64,000 bases of DNA from the human T2T-CHM13v2.0 reference genome, Homo sapiens, in NCBI RefSeq assembly GCF_009914755.1, contig NC_060930.1, one strand, 5' to 3'. The notes beneath the pieces are model-generated. The model was not told the DNA's origin. It worked only from the letters and a program-made list of their open reading frames with translations, and searched no databases. Positions 27,851-44,499 of this stretch are shown here, in pieces. Positions within the stretch are counted from its first letter, which is position 1. Each line of letters starts with the position of its first letter. Position numbers and translations under genes: made by a program.

Positions 27851-28479
27851 TTCATTCACTTATTCATCACGAATTCATTGATTCACACAAAGCTTAGCAG
27901 ATTTTCTGAAATATACAGAACACGGGAGCTGTTACCTCCCTTGTGCCATCAACAAAGCAGGCTTATTTTGAGTTAGCTTCTTTATTAACAGCTTCATCAC
28001 ACAGTCCTGATCTGCTTCTAGCTGAGCCCACCTTTTGCTGGCTGTCAGCAGGAAGACATCTGCCAAAATACAGTTTTATAGTTATCTCCAAATACAGTTT
28101 AAGACTGTCTGGAAAGAGAGTGGCAGTAGATCCAATAGTAACTGCTGGAAAGAAGCAGATTAACTCTGAGGAAACAGGCAAGGAGGTAGAGTTTGCAACA
28201 GGCAGTGGATTGTGCTTCGGGGTAGTAGGTTTCCCTTCACTGGAATTTTTCAGATGTTCAGGGTCTTTCCCCACTGGCAGCATGAACTACAAGATTTGAT
28301 TCAGTTTAAGAGTTCGTGATTTTAGTGGTCCTTCTGTCTTTAGACTTGTACATTTTTTTCCCCTGATAATTTGGTCTTGTTTTCACTAGATGTAGGGAAT
28401 AAGCCCTTCTATCTGCTACACCTCTGGGTAAAGTAAGCAGCCCATTCTTTGCCCCATGGAGCCATCCATGTATGACTGA

Positions 28480-29660
<1,181 letters not shown>

Positions 29661-30961
29661 TGCTGTTAATCTTCTATTTTATAGATGAGCATACTGAAGC
29701 CCAGAGACATTAAGTAACTAGGCTCATTAGTAGTGACAGTGATGTTGCCACCAAACTGTAAAGCCAGGATTTGGACTCAGGCAAGTGACCCCACAGTTGT
29801 GTTCTTGAGTGCTCCACCGCAGCATCACTACAGGAAGTGGACTAGATTCTCATGGGCCTTCAGGATGATGAAGAATTCTGGACGATTTACAGTGGAAAAT
29901 CAGGATTACTGTGGTTTTTGCCTGCTCCTCCCTGTTCTTCCTTCTTTGTTGTTTAGACAAATTCTAAACGACAGACCTTCAGCTCTCAAATGCTAGAACC
30001 TTGACGAAGATTTATAGCCTATTCTCTTTAGAGTGCCACTTTTCCTTCCTTTCTTAACTGGACTATGAATGGCTCTTATCTACTTTTGTTCTTTTATTTT
30101 TTTCACATTTTACTCCAATTTCCTAGAATAAATTCATAAATAATTGGAAGCTGGTTTGGAGACACAGCAATAAATTTTTTTAAATGATGCTTTGTAGTAG
30201 CGACTTAGGCATTTTCCTTATTATGGATATGTCTGGACTGTACAAGGATCTCTTTGTATAACCAACCTCAATAAACTGATGGATGGAACAGAGGCTTCAT
30301 TTGTCTTTGGCACAGTGGCACTAACCTGCTTCAGAATTTTGACATCAATTGTTAGACATTAAGTAACTTGCCTCTTTCTCATGAGCCCAGTCATCAAAAA
30401 GGGACATGGAAATATCCTAATGTTTCACCTGTTTTATTACAGGGTTTTAATAACTTAGAGAACCTCCAAATGAGAGTACTGAAAAAATATCTATAGTGTA
30501 ACACGCTCTGTGCAACCAGATGAAGAAATAATGTAGGGAAAAAACCAGTGTTGCTTCATTTCTCTCTTTCTCTCTCTTTCTCCATCCATCCACCCATCCA
30601 TCCGAATAATGACTAAACTCTACTCATACTTATCCCTACATGTCCCTACAATCCATTCATTTTTTCATCTCCACTGCATTGCCTCCATTCAGATGTCATT
30701 ATCATTTGTCCACTTTGCTACTGCAGCCTCCCAACTGGACCCTCTTCCTCCAGTCTTTCCCTTTCTATTCCATTCAACACACTGCTACTAGGGTCACCCT
30801 CCTGAAAAAATTCTCATCAATGGATGTCCTCACATGAAAACACTTGATTTTGAATCATTTTGCTTCTCCTTTCTCTCACCTCCTTCCACCATATTTCCTC
30901 CAGTTAGACTTACTTTTAGGACATTCTATTTTCCCTTCTTGGAGCACTAATCCTTTTTATC

Positions 30962-31455
30962 TGGTATATTAGTCTGCTCAAGTTTACTCCAAAAAATGGA
31001 AACAACTGTAGTTTCAGACAGGAAGAAATTTAATACAGGGAACTGGTCACATAGATAATAGAAAAGCTGAGAAAGCAAGCAAGGGAACTGATGTGACTCA
31101 GAGACTGCAAAGAAGAATAAATCATTGCTACCCTTAGTCCTGGAGGGATGGAAGGAGGAGATGATGTTATTTGATCCCAGGAACCAGATACTAAAATCAG
31201 AGCAGGAGCCATGGACCAGCGAGAAAGGGGCTATCCTGTGAGTTCTGGAGCCATGGAGGAGACTCAACCATTGCTTGGGATCCTCCTGAAACAAAAAGGA
31301 ATGAGGGAGTGAAATATCCAGCTTTTCCCCTCCCCTTATCAGCCATTCTCCCACTGTGCTTTCCTTTGGCTGGATTGCATTGAAACTGGAGGATAAGGGG
31401 CCCATGAAATGCAGTCCCCTCTGATACATGGCAGGACAGAGCAAGGCAGGAAAGT
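30962..31455 (-). mobile_element. Old ERVL-class solo LTR inserted in L2
   Basis: TATATTAGTC start, AATTTAATACAGGGAACTGG, CTCCCACTGTGCTTTCCTTTGGCTG; L2 on both sides; family uncertain. Confidence 0.55.
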
Positions 31456-31699
31456 GATCTGCATAGCCAACTAATTCCCTCTTTTCAGGATTCAGCTTAA
31501 ATGATACTTCTGGAAAGCTTTTCCTGATGTCGCCATAGTATCCAGTAACAGCCCTCACTTTAAATTTGTCACCTTTTGTCACAGATGCTCATTGAATTGT
31601 TGTGTTCTCAGCTCACCTGTAAGGTTCCACAGAACATCATGGCCTCTATCACATAGTGACATGATAATAAATATTTGTTGAATGGGAAACTGATCTTGG

Positions 31700-32560
<861 letters not shown>

Positions 32561-34080
32561 GTAGAAGACTGATGAACTAAGATGAAAGATTCTAAAAGGC
32601 AGAGTAAAATCTCTCACAGGCTTGTGCTTGGGAAACAAAGTGAGCAACTGACCTCACTACAAAGCCACTCTTCTCAAGATCTCTGTCAGATTTTGAAGAC
32701 ACATGGGACGGAAAGCTAGAGATCTAGGATGGAACCTGATGGGGCAGAGCTAGGGCTCAAATCTTTTGGTACCAAGGACATGGAGATTCTTCAGGCTTTC
32801 AGTCAAAAAGCCAGAGGTCAATGCTCTAGGGGCACAGGCAAACCAGAGAGGAACTGGTTCTCACTACACTGCAACTCAGCAGCAATCCTGCTCAATTTCT
32901 GACTAAATTGAATTGATCAAAACCTTGGTTTGTCTTCCTAATAGGACAGGAGGAATACTTTCTGTTGGAAGGTAACATCTTCTAGAGTGAGTACAGTTCT
33001 TTAGTACACACTATCTGGAAAACATTTTTAAAATTATTGTTCATGTAAGGAAGCAATATGACTAATAAGCAACAGAAAAATCATAAAATAGAGGCAGACC
33101 CGCAGGTGTTACCAAACCAGTAAAATTGTGATTATTCTACTCAAGTAAATAGAACAAGAAGGACAAAGTAGAGAAAAGCATGGATAATTTTAATAGATAA
33201 TTCAAATTCATAAAAAGAAATTAGGTGGATATTTTGAAATGGAAAAATATAGCAAATCCCAAACAGGATAAACACAAAGAGGTGAATTATAGTCAAACTG
33301 CTTAAAGTCAAAACTTAAAATCATTAAAGCAGCTGAGGGGAGGGGCATCTATTACTTTTAAAGAAACAATGTTAAGTAACATTGAGAGGTATATCTCATC
33401 TGAAGTGACAAAAGCTAGAAGACAACTGAATATTTTTCAGTGGTTGAAAGAAAACAACTGCCAATCTGGAATTCTATATCCAGTAAAAATACCTTCAAAA
33501 ATGGAGAAACATACATGTTTTCAAACAAAGGCAGAGTGAAAGAATTAATCAAAAACAAACTACACTAAAGAAAAAGCTAAAGAACAATGAGCCCAATCCT
33601 TCAGACCTAAGGAAAATGATTCCAGATGGAAACATGGAAATGTTGGAGGAAAGAAAGAATAGTATAATAAGAAAATATATGGAAATTTCAACAAATGCCA
33701 ACTGTACAAAACAATAATTTTGATGTCTGGTGGAGTTTAAATTATATGCAGAACTGAAAATGTATGACAATAATAATGCAGCAGTGACTGTGGGTAAATG
33801 GAATGTAAAGATTTCTGGCAATGTAAGTAAACTGGTAAAAGCAATCATTTATGTTAGTACTATAAGAAATTAAGAATGCCTGTTATAATCACTAAGGGAA
33901 CAATAAAATAATTTAACACTAACAATAGAAGAAAAAAATTAAATAAAAAATTGATTACTTCCAAAAACGATAAGAAAAAAGGAGAACCATAGTAAGTCAA
34001 ATGGAAAACAAACAAAAAGGTAGTTAATATTAATTCAAACTTATCCATAATTATATAAAATATAAATGAACTAAATACTC

Positions 34081-34456
34081 TGTCTTAGTTTGTTTTCTGC
34101 TTCTATAAAAGAATACCACCGATTGGGTAATTTGTGAAGAAAAAAAATTACTTCTCACAGTTCTAGAGTCTGGGAAGTCCAAGAGCATAGCTCTGGCACC
34201 TGGCAGGGGCTTTCATGCTCCATCCTGACATGGCAGGAGGGCAAGCCAGCACATGCCAGATAGAGAGAGGAAATCAGGCCAAACTCTTATTTTGTTTGTG
34301 TAATCAGAAACCCACTCCCATGAAAATGGCATTAATCCACTAGTGAATACAGAGTTCTCATGACCTAATCATCTCTTAAAGATCCAGCTCCCATTACCAT
34401 TACATTGGTAGTTAAATTTCAATATCAGTTTTGGTGGGAACATTCAAACCATACCA
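34081..34456 (-). mobile_element. MSTC/MSTD-like MaLR solo LTR
   Basis: TGTCTTAGT...CATTCAAACCATACCA with exact 5-bp TSD TACTC. Confidence 0.9.
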
Positions 34457-34596
34457 TACTCTCAATAAAACAATACTGTTGTCAGACTCCATAAGAAAAT
34501 CAAAATAAAGTATATAATACTTACAAGAGCATAAAGTTTCAAACTAAAAGGATATGAAAAGATATACTGTGCAAACATCAATCAAAAGGAAGCTGG

Positions 34597-34966
<370 letters not shown>

Positions 34967-35129
34967 TTACCATGATAAGTGGTAAGTCTAGCAAAAAGAA
35001 ATTGTAACTCTGAATATTTATGTGTACCAAAAATGTAATTTAAAATACATAAAGAAAAAAGTAAATGGTAAAATAAATCAAAAATGTAATAAAGACACTA
35101 ACACTTCTTTCTTAATACCTTTGGTGTCA

Positions 35130-36550
35130 TTATGCTAATTAGGCCTCTTTGGCAGGAAGTAGCAAGAGCAAGAAGGTTATGAAGCAGGTTCACGCCATGT
35201 ATTGCAAGCTGGCCTGACACTTGGGTCTTATGTCCCACCAGATCCAATAGTATTGGGAATATCTGTGGTTCTTAGAAGTTTCTGGAAAACCCCAGGAGGA
35301 TATTCACAGACAAGTTCTAGATTTTAGAGTAAGGGCATGTCCTCTTCAGCCAACAATTCTTTATTTGAAAAGCAACTCCAGATTATGCCTGATCGTGGGA
35401 TACTAAATGACTGTGCAACCCAGACTTCTCTTGAACTCGGTATTACCTGATCCATTGAATTGCAGCATTTCACTGTCAAATAAAAATGAATATAAAAAAC
35501 TGGACCTGAGCAGGTAAGGAGGCACAAGTATACTTATAAGCCGGCATCTCAGACTCCTAGGATAACTGTTCCTACTGCTTTGTAGGAACCCATACCCACG
35601 ACCCATGGGAGTTCCTTAAAACCAGCCAATGGATGAGGAAACCAAGTGGGCTAGGTTTATAGATGAAGCTGCCTATTATCTGCATAGAATTTGCCTTATA
35701 GTCCCATGTGGGATGATCCCTGAATGATAATAATGAAGGGAAAAGCTCCCAGAGGGTCTAACTTCATGCACTATATATAGTTGTCCACATCATGTGGAAA
35801 GAGGGATGATTACAATTATGGATCTACATTAATATCATGGGAGGTAGCTGATGAGTTGACCTGCTAAATAAAGACTTGGAAAGTTGCAAGAAGTTCTGGG
35901 GGAAATAGTAGATGGGCAACTTTTGGAATGGGCAAAGAGTATATAGATATTTGTATCCCCCATAAATGCCCAGACAGTATTGATGTCAGATAATCTGCTT
36001 AATAATCCAGTCATCAGGATAAGTCACCCTTATCCTGGATCTCAGTCAGTCTCCTTCTTTCACCACCCTATGTTACTATACAATGAGGCATGAAGGACCA
36101 TGCTTAGGACTTAGCAGATTCCCTGGAATATCTCTGAGTACTTGTCTTTTGCCCAACAATTATGGTAAAAGAACTGTAGCAACCCAATAATCACAGGATG
36201 ACTAAGCACTCAGATCCCACAAAAATGAAGATTTAGTTACACCCTCATAGAGAACACAGGCCAAGCTGAATGTCAGGAAACAAGAGATGGGTAAAAGAAG
36301 GCAGGTATGACAATCAACTTGTTCTCATGACCAGCTATGAAGGTGGAGCTATGTTTTATATTGTTTCTTTTTCCCCTGCTACCTTATAGCTTATAGGAAG
36401 AACACTGACAATAATGCTTTAAGTTTTCAAGGGGAATATGACTGAATTTATCCTGAGTGGATACCACTGAAAGAGTTTTGTGTGTCCCCTGTGTGGAAAT
36501 CACAATATTTTCACCCAAACAACCAGTGTAGATGCCAAGGGGCAAAAGAG
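35130..36550 (+). mobile_element. Degraded ERVL internal region (pol RNase H relic) ending in polypurine tract
   Basis: 35328-35378 reads SKGMSSSANNSLFEKQL (cf. ERVL SKALPSSADNYSPFERQL); ARFIDEAA near 35650 (cf. AWFTDGSA); AGGGGCAAAAGAGGAGG before LTR. Confidence 0.75.
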
Positions 36551-36554
36551 GAGG

Positions 36555-36975
36555 ACTGGATCTTTTGTTTTGCTCATTGAATCCACTCTCCACATTTTCC
36601 CATCTCATTCTGTACCTAAAATGGCTTATTTTTATGGATGCTATTAATGTGTCAATTTCCTTCTGCCTTCTTGTTGTGTTTGACTAATAGGAGGCCCAGG
36701 TGGGAGTCAGGAAGGCATGAAGAGAGTGATGTTAGGGTATTTATGCCCCTAAACACCCCCCCAGAGGCTGGTGGTGTTGTTCTTAGATAAGTTTCTATTA
36801 GGAGACCCTCTGTCTTCCAGTGAGGACTCTCTCTCTCTATCTCCTTCAGGCCCAGGAATAGTAATGGCCCTGTGCTGTTGCCTTGGGGTAATGCACTACC
36901 CCTTGCTGGTTTCCCTAAACTCTGCACCACCTTTGTAATTAGTCTCTCCACTAAATCCCCCTTAATTACTCATTT
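36555..36975 (+). mobile_element. LTR33-like ERVL LTR
   Basis: GAGAGTGATGTTAGGGTATTTAT..CTTCAGGCCCAGG..GGTTTCCCTAAACTCTG..CCTTTGTAATTAGTC. Confidence 0.75.
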
Positions 36976-39772
36976 AGGTGCTCAAGTGAGAGATAGGTCT
37001 CAAATCAAGGGTTCTTCACACAATAAAATAATTGGAGGTGAACATTGTCCAGAAAAGAAAATGTAAGACTCAACTTTGCTGCTGAAATGCTGGAAAAGTC
37101 ACTACTTTGCAAAGCAGGTTGCTAGCATTCAGCACAGCAGCGTGGGCACCCTGATGGCTAAACGAATGAGACAACATTGTAGCGCCACGACTGGTGATTT
37201 CTGTCCTCACATTTTCAATTGCCATTTCTCAGGCAGGCTCTTGAATAGGACATATAAACTACTTGCTGAGTTACACTTCCAAAATGTGAAGCTGATGTCA
37301 TTGTTCTCCTCTTGAGTACAGCTAGAGGATACCTTTACTCTAGAGATACCAGCTAGTCTCGCTGTTCTTCTCCCCTGCCCAACCCAAGGCAACTTGGCAT
37401 CTCTTTCATCAGTATTTCCCCTTTGTATTCAGCATGGAACCCTGTAAAAGAGGTGGGGGTGGCACCATGTCTCCGTTCTTCTCTGGGACACTTGTCTTCT
37501 CTAGAACTAACATACAGAGTATTTTCAGTTTCTCTTAAATTTGCTGTAGTGCCTAAAAACAGACTTTAAAGGAGCTATTTGGATCATTTACAAGCTGCCA
37601 CAACGTGGTGTCTGCATAGGACATGAAGAATTAAGTGTTGAAACGTCCAAGCCTTCCTCTCTCTCTGAGGGGGTCTTCATGAGTGTTTTTACTCCCTCCC
37701 GTGAGAAGACACAAAGAGGTCTATGTGTAAAGCATAACCAGCCTTCCACACATCTGGACTGCTTCCACAATCTGTTTGCACAGGCAGCTGGAGGAGATCC
37801 GATGTACCTTGGCTCTACATTCCCCCAACATGGCACGTCGCAGGGACTTCCCCAGGAGAAGTGCTGAGCTACCCATGCCTGTGGCTGCAGCTTCCATCCA
37901 TTCAGCTGATAGAGATTTGTACAGGACTGAGGCATCCTTCTCCTCAGGCTGCTCACCAGGCTGTGAACTGGGCAGGTGGCAGCTGGGTCACCCTGGGAGT
38001 TAGGGCTCAGTGGCTCTCCACCCAGCCTCCAGTTTCCTTTCTGTCTCCAGTTTCTGTGTCCAAATTTGGCAGCTGAAATGCAAGTCTGAATTATGTCATC
38101 TTCCTGGTCATCAGTGTCACCGTCCTGTCTGACAGTTCCCTTGCGGGCTCCTTTTACCGGTTTATTCAGATCAGAGTCATTTCTCAGGTTGAGCTAAAAT
38201 AAGCAGCCCAATTAGGAAATCTCTGCACTTTCACAAAAGGCCTTCAATCAATTATACCTTCTCTTGAAGAAGAGTGGTGGCTGGAGTCCGACTTGTAATG
38301 GTGTTCATTATAAGGTATCTTCAATAGATATACAAGCAGTTTTGATTGGGATGGCCTAGGCTATTTGTCCTGTGAATGTTATCAGATGCGATCTGTACCT
38401 CTACAAACCACTCTTCACTTAAACCAGGTAGCATGAAGCGTGGTGTGGCCATTTCCATTGTTGCAGTGCGTTTAAATTCCCCGAAGGTTGAGGATGGGTT
38501 GAGTGTTCTTTATTTTCCTTATCTGTTTGATCACCTTATGCATTTGTTACTCTCATAAGATTAATGGCAACCTCAAAAAAACAGAAAAACAAGTCTACCG
38601 CATGGAGGCTTGTTGCCTCCAATTCCCACAGAATTATTTGGTCATTACACCAAGACCTGCAGCTTATTTGGGCTTTTATAATTAAGTAGACTCTGTCTTC
38701 ATAGGTAAGCACTTGGTCATGGTGGAGATTGTTCCACATGTGTATAATCACTGGATGTAAGAGCATTGCTTTTAGGGAATGGCCTGTGTCTGGAATCTTG
38801 AGCACTAATCACCCCTCCACCCTGGCATAAAGTGTTTTAGCATTATGGATGTCTGTCTATTCTTAGCAAAACTCAAGTTTAACAAAAACAAGTCATGTTT
38901 ATGCTACAGCTTAATTCCAACTAAAACCTTTATCAGTATTTTTTTTAAATGTTACAATTTCTTAAGAAAATATCTGCCAGTCTTCTCTTGTGTGTTTTTT
39001 TCGGATCAAGAGATTACATCAGCATCTATATTAAGTGAACATTCCTGCCCACTTTTTTTTTTTCTGTGACTGGAGTTTTCATTTCTGACAACTGTGGGAT
39101 TTGTTTTCCTAGCCCATATTTACTTTTTACTTCAAAAACTCTGAACCGTTTCTTTTTTCTGCTAAAACATCAGTAGCTACCATGGGTAAGAGTGACAAAT
39201 CAATACCACTATAAACAGAGCTGATATGATTTACTAATAAGAATTAATTGTTGATCTTAAGACTTCTGAAATATTTTTCATTGGCTTTGCATTTTTAATA
39301 TGAATATTAATTAAGAATTCTTTAGAAAGAAAGACCTGCATGAAAGCACTGTGATATATTATTTTACTGAGTATCAGAAAAACAAGATAAGAGGAGTTGG
39401 GTTAAAAATATGCAATGACTATTTCTTCTTGAAGTTTTCTTTGGTGAGTTAATTTTCTATTTAACAAAAAGTTTTCTACTTTCTAGATGTCCATTTTCCT
39501 CTTGGATATAGTTGTTCATGGGCAGAATTCAGTCGTCCAAAATGATGACACATACTGATTTCTTTGATTGTTCTTTTCTTTCTTCTCTGATATGGTAACT
39601 TTAATAGTTAGTATAGCAGCCACAAAGGCAAAATTATGCAATTTCCTATTCCTTAAAATATTTTCTTCTAATTATTAAGACATTTATCTTGGATTTCTGT
39701 GTGTAATAGTATTAGGACAAGTTGTATATTATATTGTAACCTGTAATATAATAGCTAATATTTATATAGCAT

Positions 39773-39949
39773 TGTGGTAGGTAGAATAATCGTTTCCCAA
39801 AAGATGTCTACATCCTAATCCCTGAAACTTGTAAGTATGTTATCTGATATGGTGAAAAGAACTTTGTATATGTGACTAAGCAAAGCATCTTGATGGGAAG
39901 ATTATCCTGGATTACCCCACTGTGCTCAGTGTAATCGCAAGGGTCCTTA
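39773..39949 (+). mobile_element. MLT1D 5' portion, truncated
   Basis: TGTGGTAGGTAGAATAAT..AAAGATGTC..CCTAATCCCTG..GATTATCCTGGATTA..CAAGGGTCCTTA. Confidence 0.88.
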
Positions 39950-40038
39950 CTCCTGCAAGAGTGGCTGTAATTAAAAAGTCAAAAAACAATAGATGTTGGT
40001 GTGGATGTGGTGAAAAGGGAACACTTTTGCACTGCTGG
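39945..40038 (+). mobile_element. 94-bp internal L1PB-type fragment with no tail and no TSD
   Basis: CCTTACTCCTGCAAGA...GGGAACACTTTTGCACTGCTGG, homologous to 54585-54678. Confidence 0.9.
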
Positions 40039-40254
40039 CCCTTGTGAAAGAGCCATCTGTGGATGTTTCAGTTACAGGGGTTGAAAAGAGGAGAGGTATT
40101 TTAGAGGTCTCCGTTGAAGATGATTAGGTTAGACTGCTTAGCAGGCACAGTAGAGGATCTTGTGTTGCGTTCAGCAGACACACAATCTTAGACTTCCAAA
40201 GTTCCTAACTCATTCTGTCTGCTTCATTCACTCTTTGGGGTTGCCCTTACTTAG

Positions 40255-40674
<420 letters not shown>

Positions 40675-40951
40675 TAGTAGGTATTCTGGAGGCATACTAT
40701 CTTTTATTACTCCCAATTATTCTAAGAGGTATATAATGTTATGATTTCCTTTTCACTATTGAAGAAATTAAGGATTAGAGAGGTTACCTTTGCCGCAGTC
40801 TTAGGGTTAGTGAATAGGTTTGATCTTATATCTGTTGGACCTAGGGTACATTCTTCTAACCATTAATCAAGGTTTTGAAACCGAGTGTGGACTGCAGGTG
40901 CTATCTGTTCTTATAAAATTTAAATTAATAAAGGAAAGGAGAGCCACTTAC

Positions 40952-41050
40952 CTGTTTATTAAGTTTGTCCACTAGCCTATCTTCCAGAATAACCACAGCA
41001 ACCCCCTGAACAGATATATTTAGTCTAGAAGTTTCCTGAATCACAACAGC
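40952..41050 (-). other. Candidate 99-nt exon
   Basis: atttatcatgatcccattgcacctcag|GCTG...AACAG|gtaagt (consensus donor); open in phase 0; no transcript evidence. Confidence 0.3.
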
Positions 41051-43186
41051 CTGAGGTGCAATGGGATCATGATAAATAACAGCAATAAAACATGCATCTA
41101 TGGTTTGGTACACAGCAGAAGAATCACTGGAATCCCAAGCTCCTTAGTGAACCTTCCTTGTGTGTGTGTGTGGGGGGGGTGGTGGGGGAGGGTGAGGGGG
41201 CGTTTCTGTGTCTTCCCACCTCTCAAGAAGGCGCTTTCCCTCTACCTCTCAAGATGGCACTCTTCTTCTTCTGCTTCCGGGAGGGGTCTGGCTTTTCTGC
41301 TTTCCCCAGCGCTCCCTGCCATCTTCCACCCCGAGTTGGCATTTCCATGCACTTTCTGCACTGGTGATGACATCATTGTGGTCCTAGCTGCCTTTCCATT
41401 CTGCTCACTGAAGGGGATGGATAATACACTCATACTTTTGTCCTAGATCATTGAGCTGAGCTGAGTTCTTGGTTTCTCTGCATTTTATTTCCCATTTCTT
41501 CATGATCCCCTAGTTCCCATTCACCAGGCTCATTCTTCTAAGGACATTCTTAAAGATAATGCCATGCCCTGACTCACACTGAATGTAGAGCCGCAAGGAA
41601 GCTCACTCATCCTTGCCTTTCTCTTTCCATTAGGAGCCAGGCCTGGCACGTCAAGGAGTGTCCTCTGTACCATTGCTGTGCTCTGTTTCTGGGCTGCAGC
41701 CCTCAGCCTTCATGTTTCTAGCCACTGCGCCTTTCCTGAGACCACTTGGTCCTTCAGACATGCACAGACATTCCTGAATTCTTGATGCTCACATGATTTA
41801 GGCCCTGGGAACTTTGCCTCCTACTTTTCATGACTTTTCCTGCTGTGTTTTCCCTTCAACAATCATCTGTTAGATCTTCTTAACACTCTGAAAGCCCTTC
41901 CCTTCACTCACCCAACTCCCAACCAATATGGTACCCTTATTTTTCTCTCTTTCATGACTAGTGTTTCTACACTATTACCTTTCCTCAGTCACAGTCCCAT
42001 ATCATGATGTCCAATAAAGTCGTCTACGTTCCTGAAATGAAGTCAAGCCAGTCTTCTGCCTCTGGAAGCTCTTTTGCTCTTATCAAAAGGGTTATAAATT
42101 GGGATATTCATACCCTCGTGGATAAGCAGGGCAGTCTTTTGGTGGTAGAGGAAGAAAACTATTGAGCTTCTGTTTATATTGATTTTTCATCTGAACAGTG
42201 GTAAAGAGTGCACTGTATAGGTCTTTCCTCTGTGTCTTAACACCGTTGCCATGTGTCTGAATGACAAAAGGTGCTGTATCACAGAGGGTCCCTGAGGGAT
42301 TCTGAGGAAAAGATGTGCCGGGGCTTGGCAATCACTTGGCTGCTGGGTATCAGCAGAGTAGCACATACTGTAATGTGTGTTTGCCTGGTTACATGGATTA
42401 CAGGTTATACTATCTGGCATTACTAAGTTAAATCTCATAAAATGTTTAAGTGGCATACAAAAATGGCTACAAAGAGATCACTAAGGTGACGCTAATAATG
42501 ATGACGAAGGGAAAGGGAAACAATGGCTCTCCTGTGCCCTGTAGAAACTCTCATCAACCAAGTTAGGAGCTAAAAACAATGAATATTTAATCCCATATGA
42601 GACAAGAAGTCCAAATAATCAAACAAAACTATTTAACACATGGATTTAAAGTCATTATGGTTGAGAATGAATTGCACTTAAAGATATATACATATATCTG
42701 TGCTTTCAGATAGCAGCCATCACACAATTAGCAAGACATTTAAAAGTTAAGAATCTAAAACATTAACAATATTTCAGTGGGTTCTAAAAACTATTGTGCT
42801 GCCATTAATAAATAGAAAATAAAATCATTAACAAAATGGTACCAATAAATAAAAATTCGCTTTAAAAATATTTTTTACTTTTATCCTTTTACACTTCAAT
42901 TTTTCTGTGCATATCTTATATATATGATATAAATATAAGTGTATTATTTATAAATAATGAACTGTTTTTACATATGTGTATTTCTTGAATATTTTTGAAC
43001 ACATGACCAAAAAAGATGCTGGAGTTAGTGTCTTTGAAAGGAAAAAGAAAGGCAGCACATTCTTAGATAAACGTGTATTCAGAACATTTTTAAATCATTA
43101 CACGTGAATAAGAAAGAATTGATTTTCTTTGTATTTCCTCTCATTCTTTTCTAAATTCAATATCTGTATTCTTATGTTCTCCTTTA

Positions 43187-43445
<259 letters not shown>

Positions 43446-43449
43446 TACA

Positions 43450-44037
43450 AGCCAAGCCAACTTCATCCTAACATTGTAATTCTGTGAAGTCCAACCATGT
43501 CACACCTCCCTTTCACACCTTGTGCTGTCTTCCCATCTCAACATCCCTACCATGGCCTTCAGAGCCCTGCAGGCTGTTCCTCACCCACCCCCTCCCAGCC
43601 TCCTCTCCTCCTCCTACTTCAGCCTCTTCTTCCCAGCCTCCTCCTCAGGGCTTCAAGGACTCTGCTTCCTCTGCCTGTGCCCTTTGCTTTTCTAATATGT
43701 CAGGCCCCTCCTCTCTCAGGCTCCCAGATTTCCACAGGGTTGAAGCCCTGACCTAATTAAACCTTTTCTTAACAACTATTACTTCCTTGGTGAGGCCTTC
43801 ATTGGCCACCAAAACAACTTCTATCCTTTTCCCTTGCTTTATTTATCTTGTAAGCACTCATCGCCATGCAATATGCTCTCTACTTCTTTTGTCTGGTTTA
43901 TGTCTGTCATCTTCCAGTAGAACATGTGTTCTATGAGGGCAGGCAATTTTGTTTATTTTCATTTCTAGTGCCTAAACACCGTCTGGCACATTACTCAGGC
44001 TTAATAAATAGTTGTTAAATAAATGAACAAATGAATG
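43450..44037 (+). mobile_element. L2 3' portion
   Basis: CTATGAGGGCAGG..GTGCCTAAACACCGTCTGGCACA..AATAAATGAACAAATGAATG. Confidence 0.8.
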
Positions 44038-44450
44038 GTCTGGTATTATACTGTTATACAATTTAACTATTATAGTTTTACAACGTTTGAAAAGGGAGGT
44101 TTGTTTTACCCAAAGACTAGGACTTTTTGGAAGTGTTCAATATTATCATCTTGATGCACCTACATCAAGGGCAAAATACTTCAGGAGAAAAGAAGAGGGC
44201 AGAAGACTTCAGTGGAAATATTTAGGGCTTTCAACACATAAAGTATTTAATTTTGAAGACCTATGCATCTTTAAATTCCTAGGAAATGTATTTAGAGGAA
44301 TTCTCTTTTGATAAATTTCTTTCTTAGATTATTGAAAGAACTCTATATAGAAAATGCATAGAAAGGGAAGTTCAAGGAAGTGGAATTAAAAATAGCATAT
44401 TTAAGGAAGTGATTTCATTGACTCTACTGCATAGAAAAGTCACTAGAAGG

Positions 44451-44499
44451 GTCTATGGCCATACTACCTGAATGTGCCCAGTCTTGCCTGATCTTGGAA
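44451..44499 (+). pseudogene. 5S rRNA retropseudogene, 5' ~50 nt only, tailless
   Basis: GTCTATGGCCATACTAC-CTGAATGTGCCCAGTCTTGCCTGATCTTGGAA vs 5S GTCTACGGCCATACCACCCTGAACGCGCCCGATCTCGTCTGATCTCGGAA; 16-bp TSD 14/16. Confidence 0.92.

Noticed and set aside
30947-31582. Longest ORF (211 aa, minus)
   Set aside because: Spans an old LTR and L2 pieces; no recognisable protein or splice structure.
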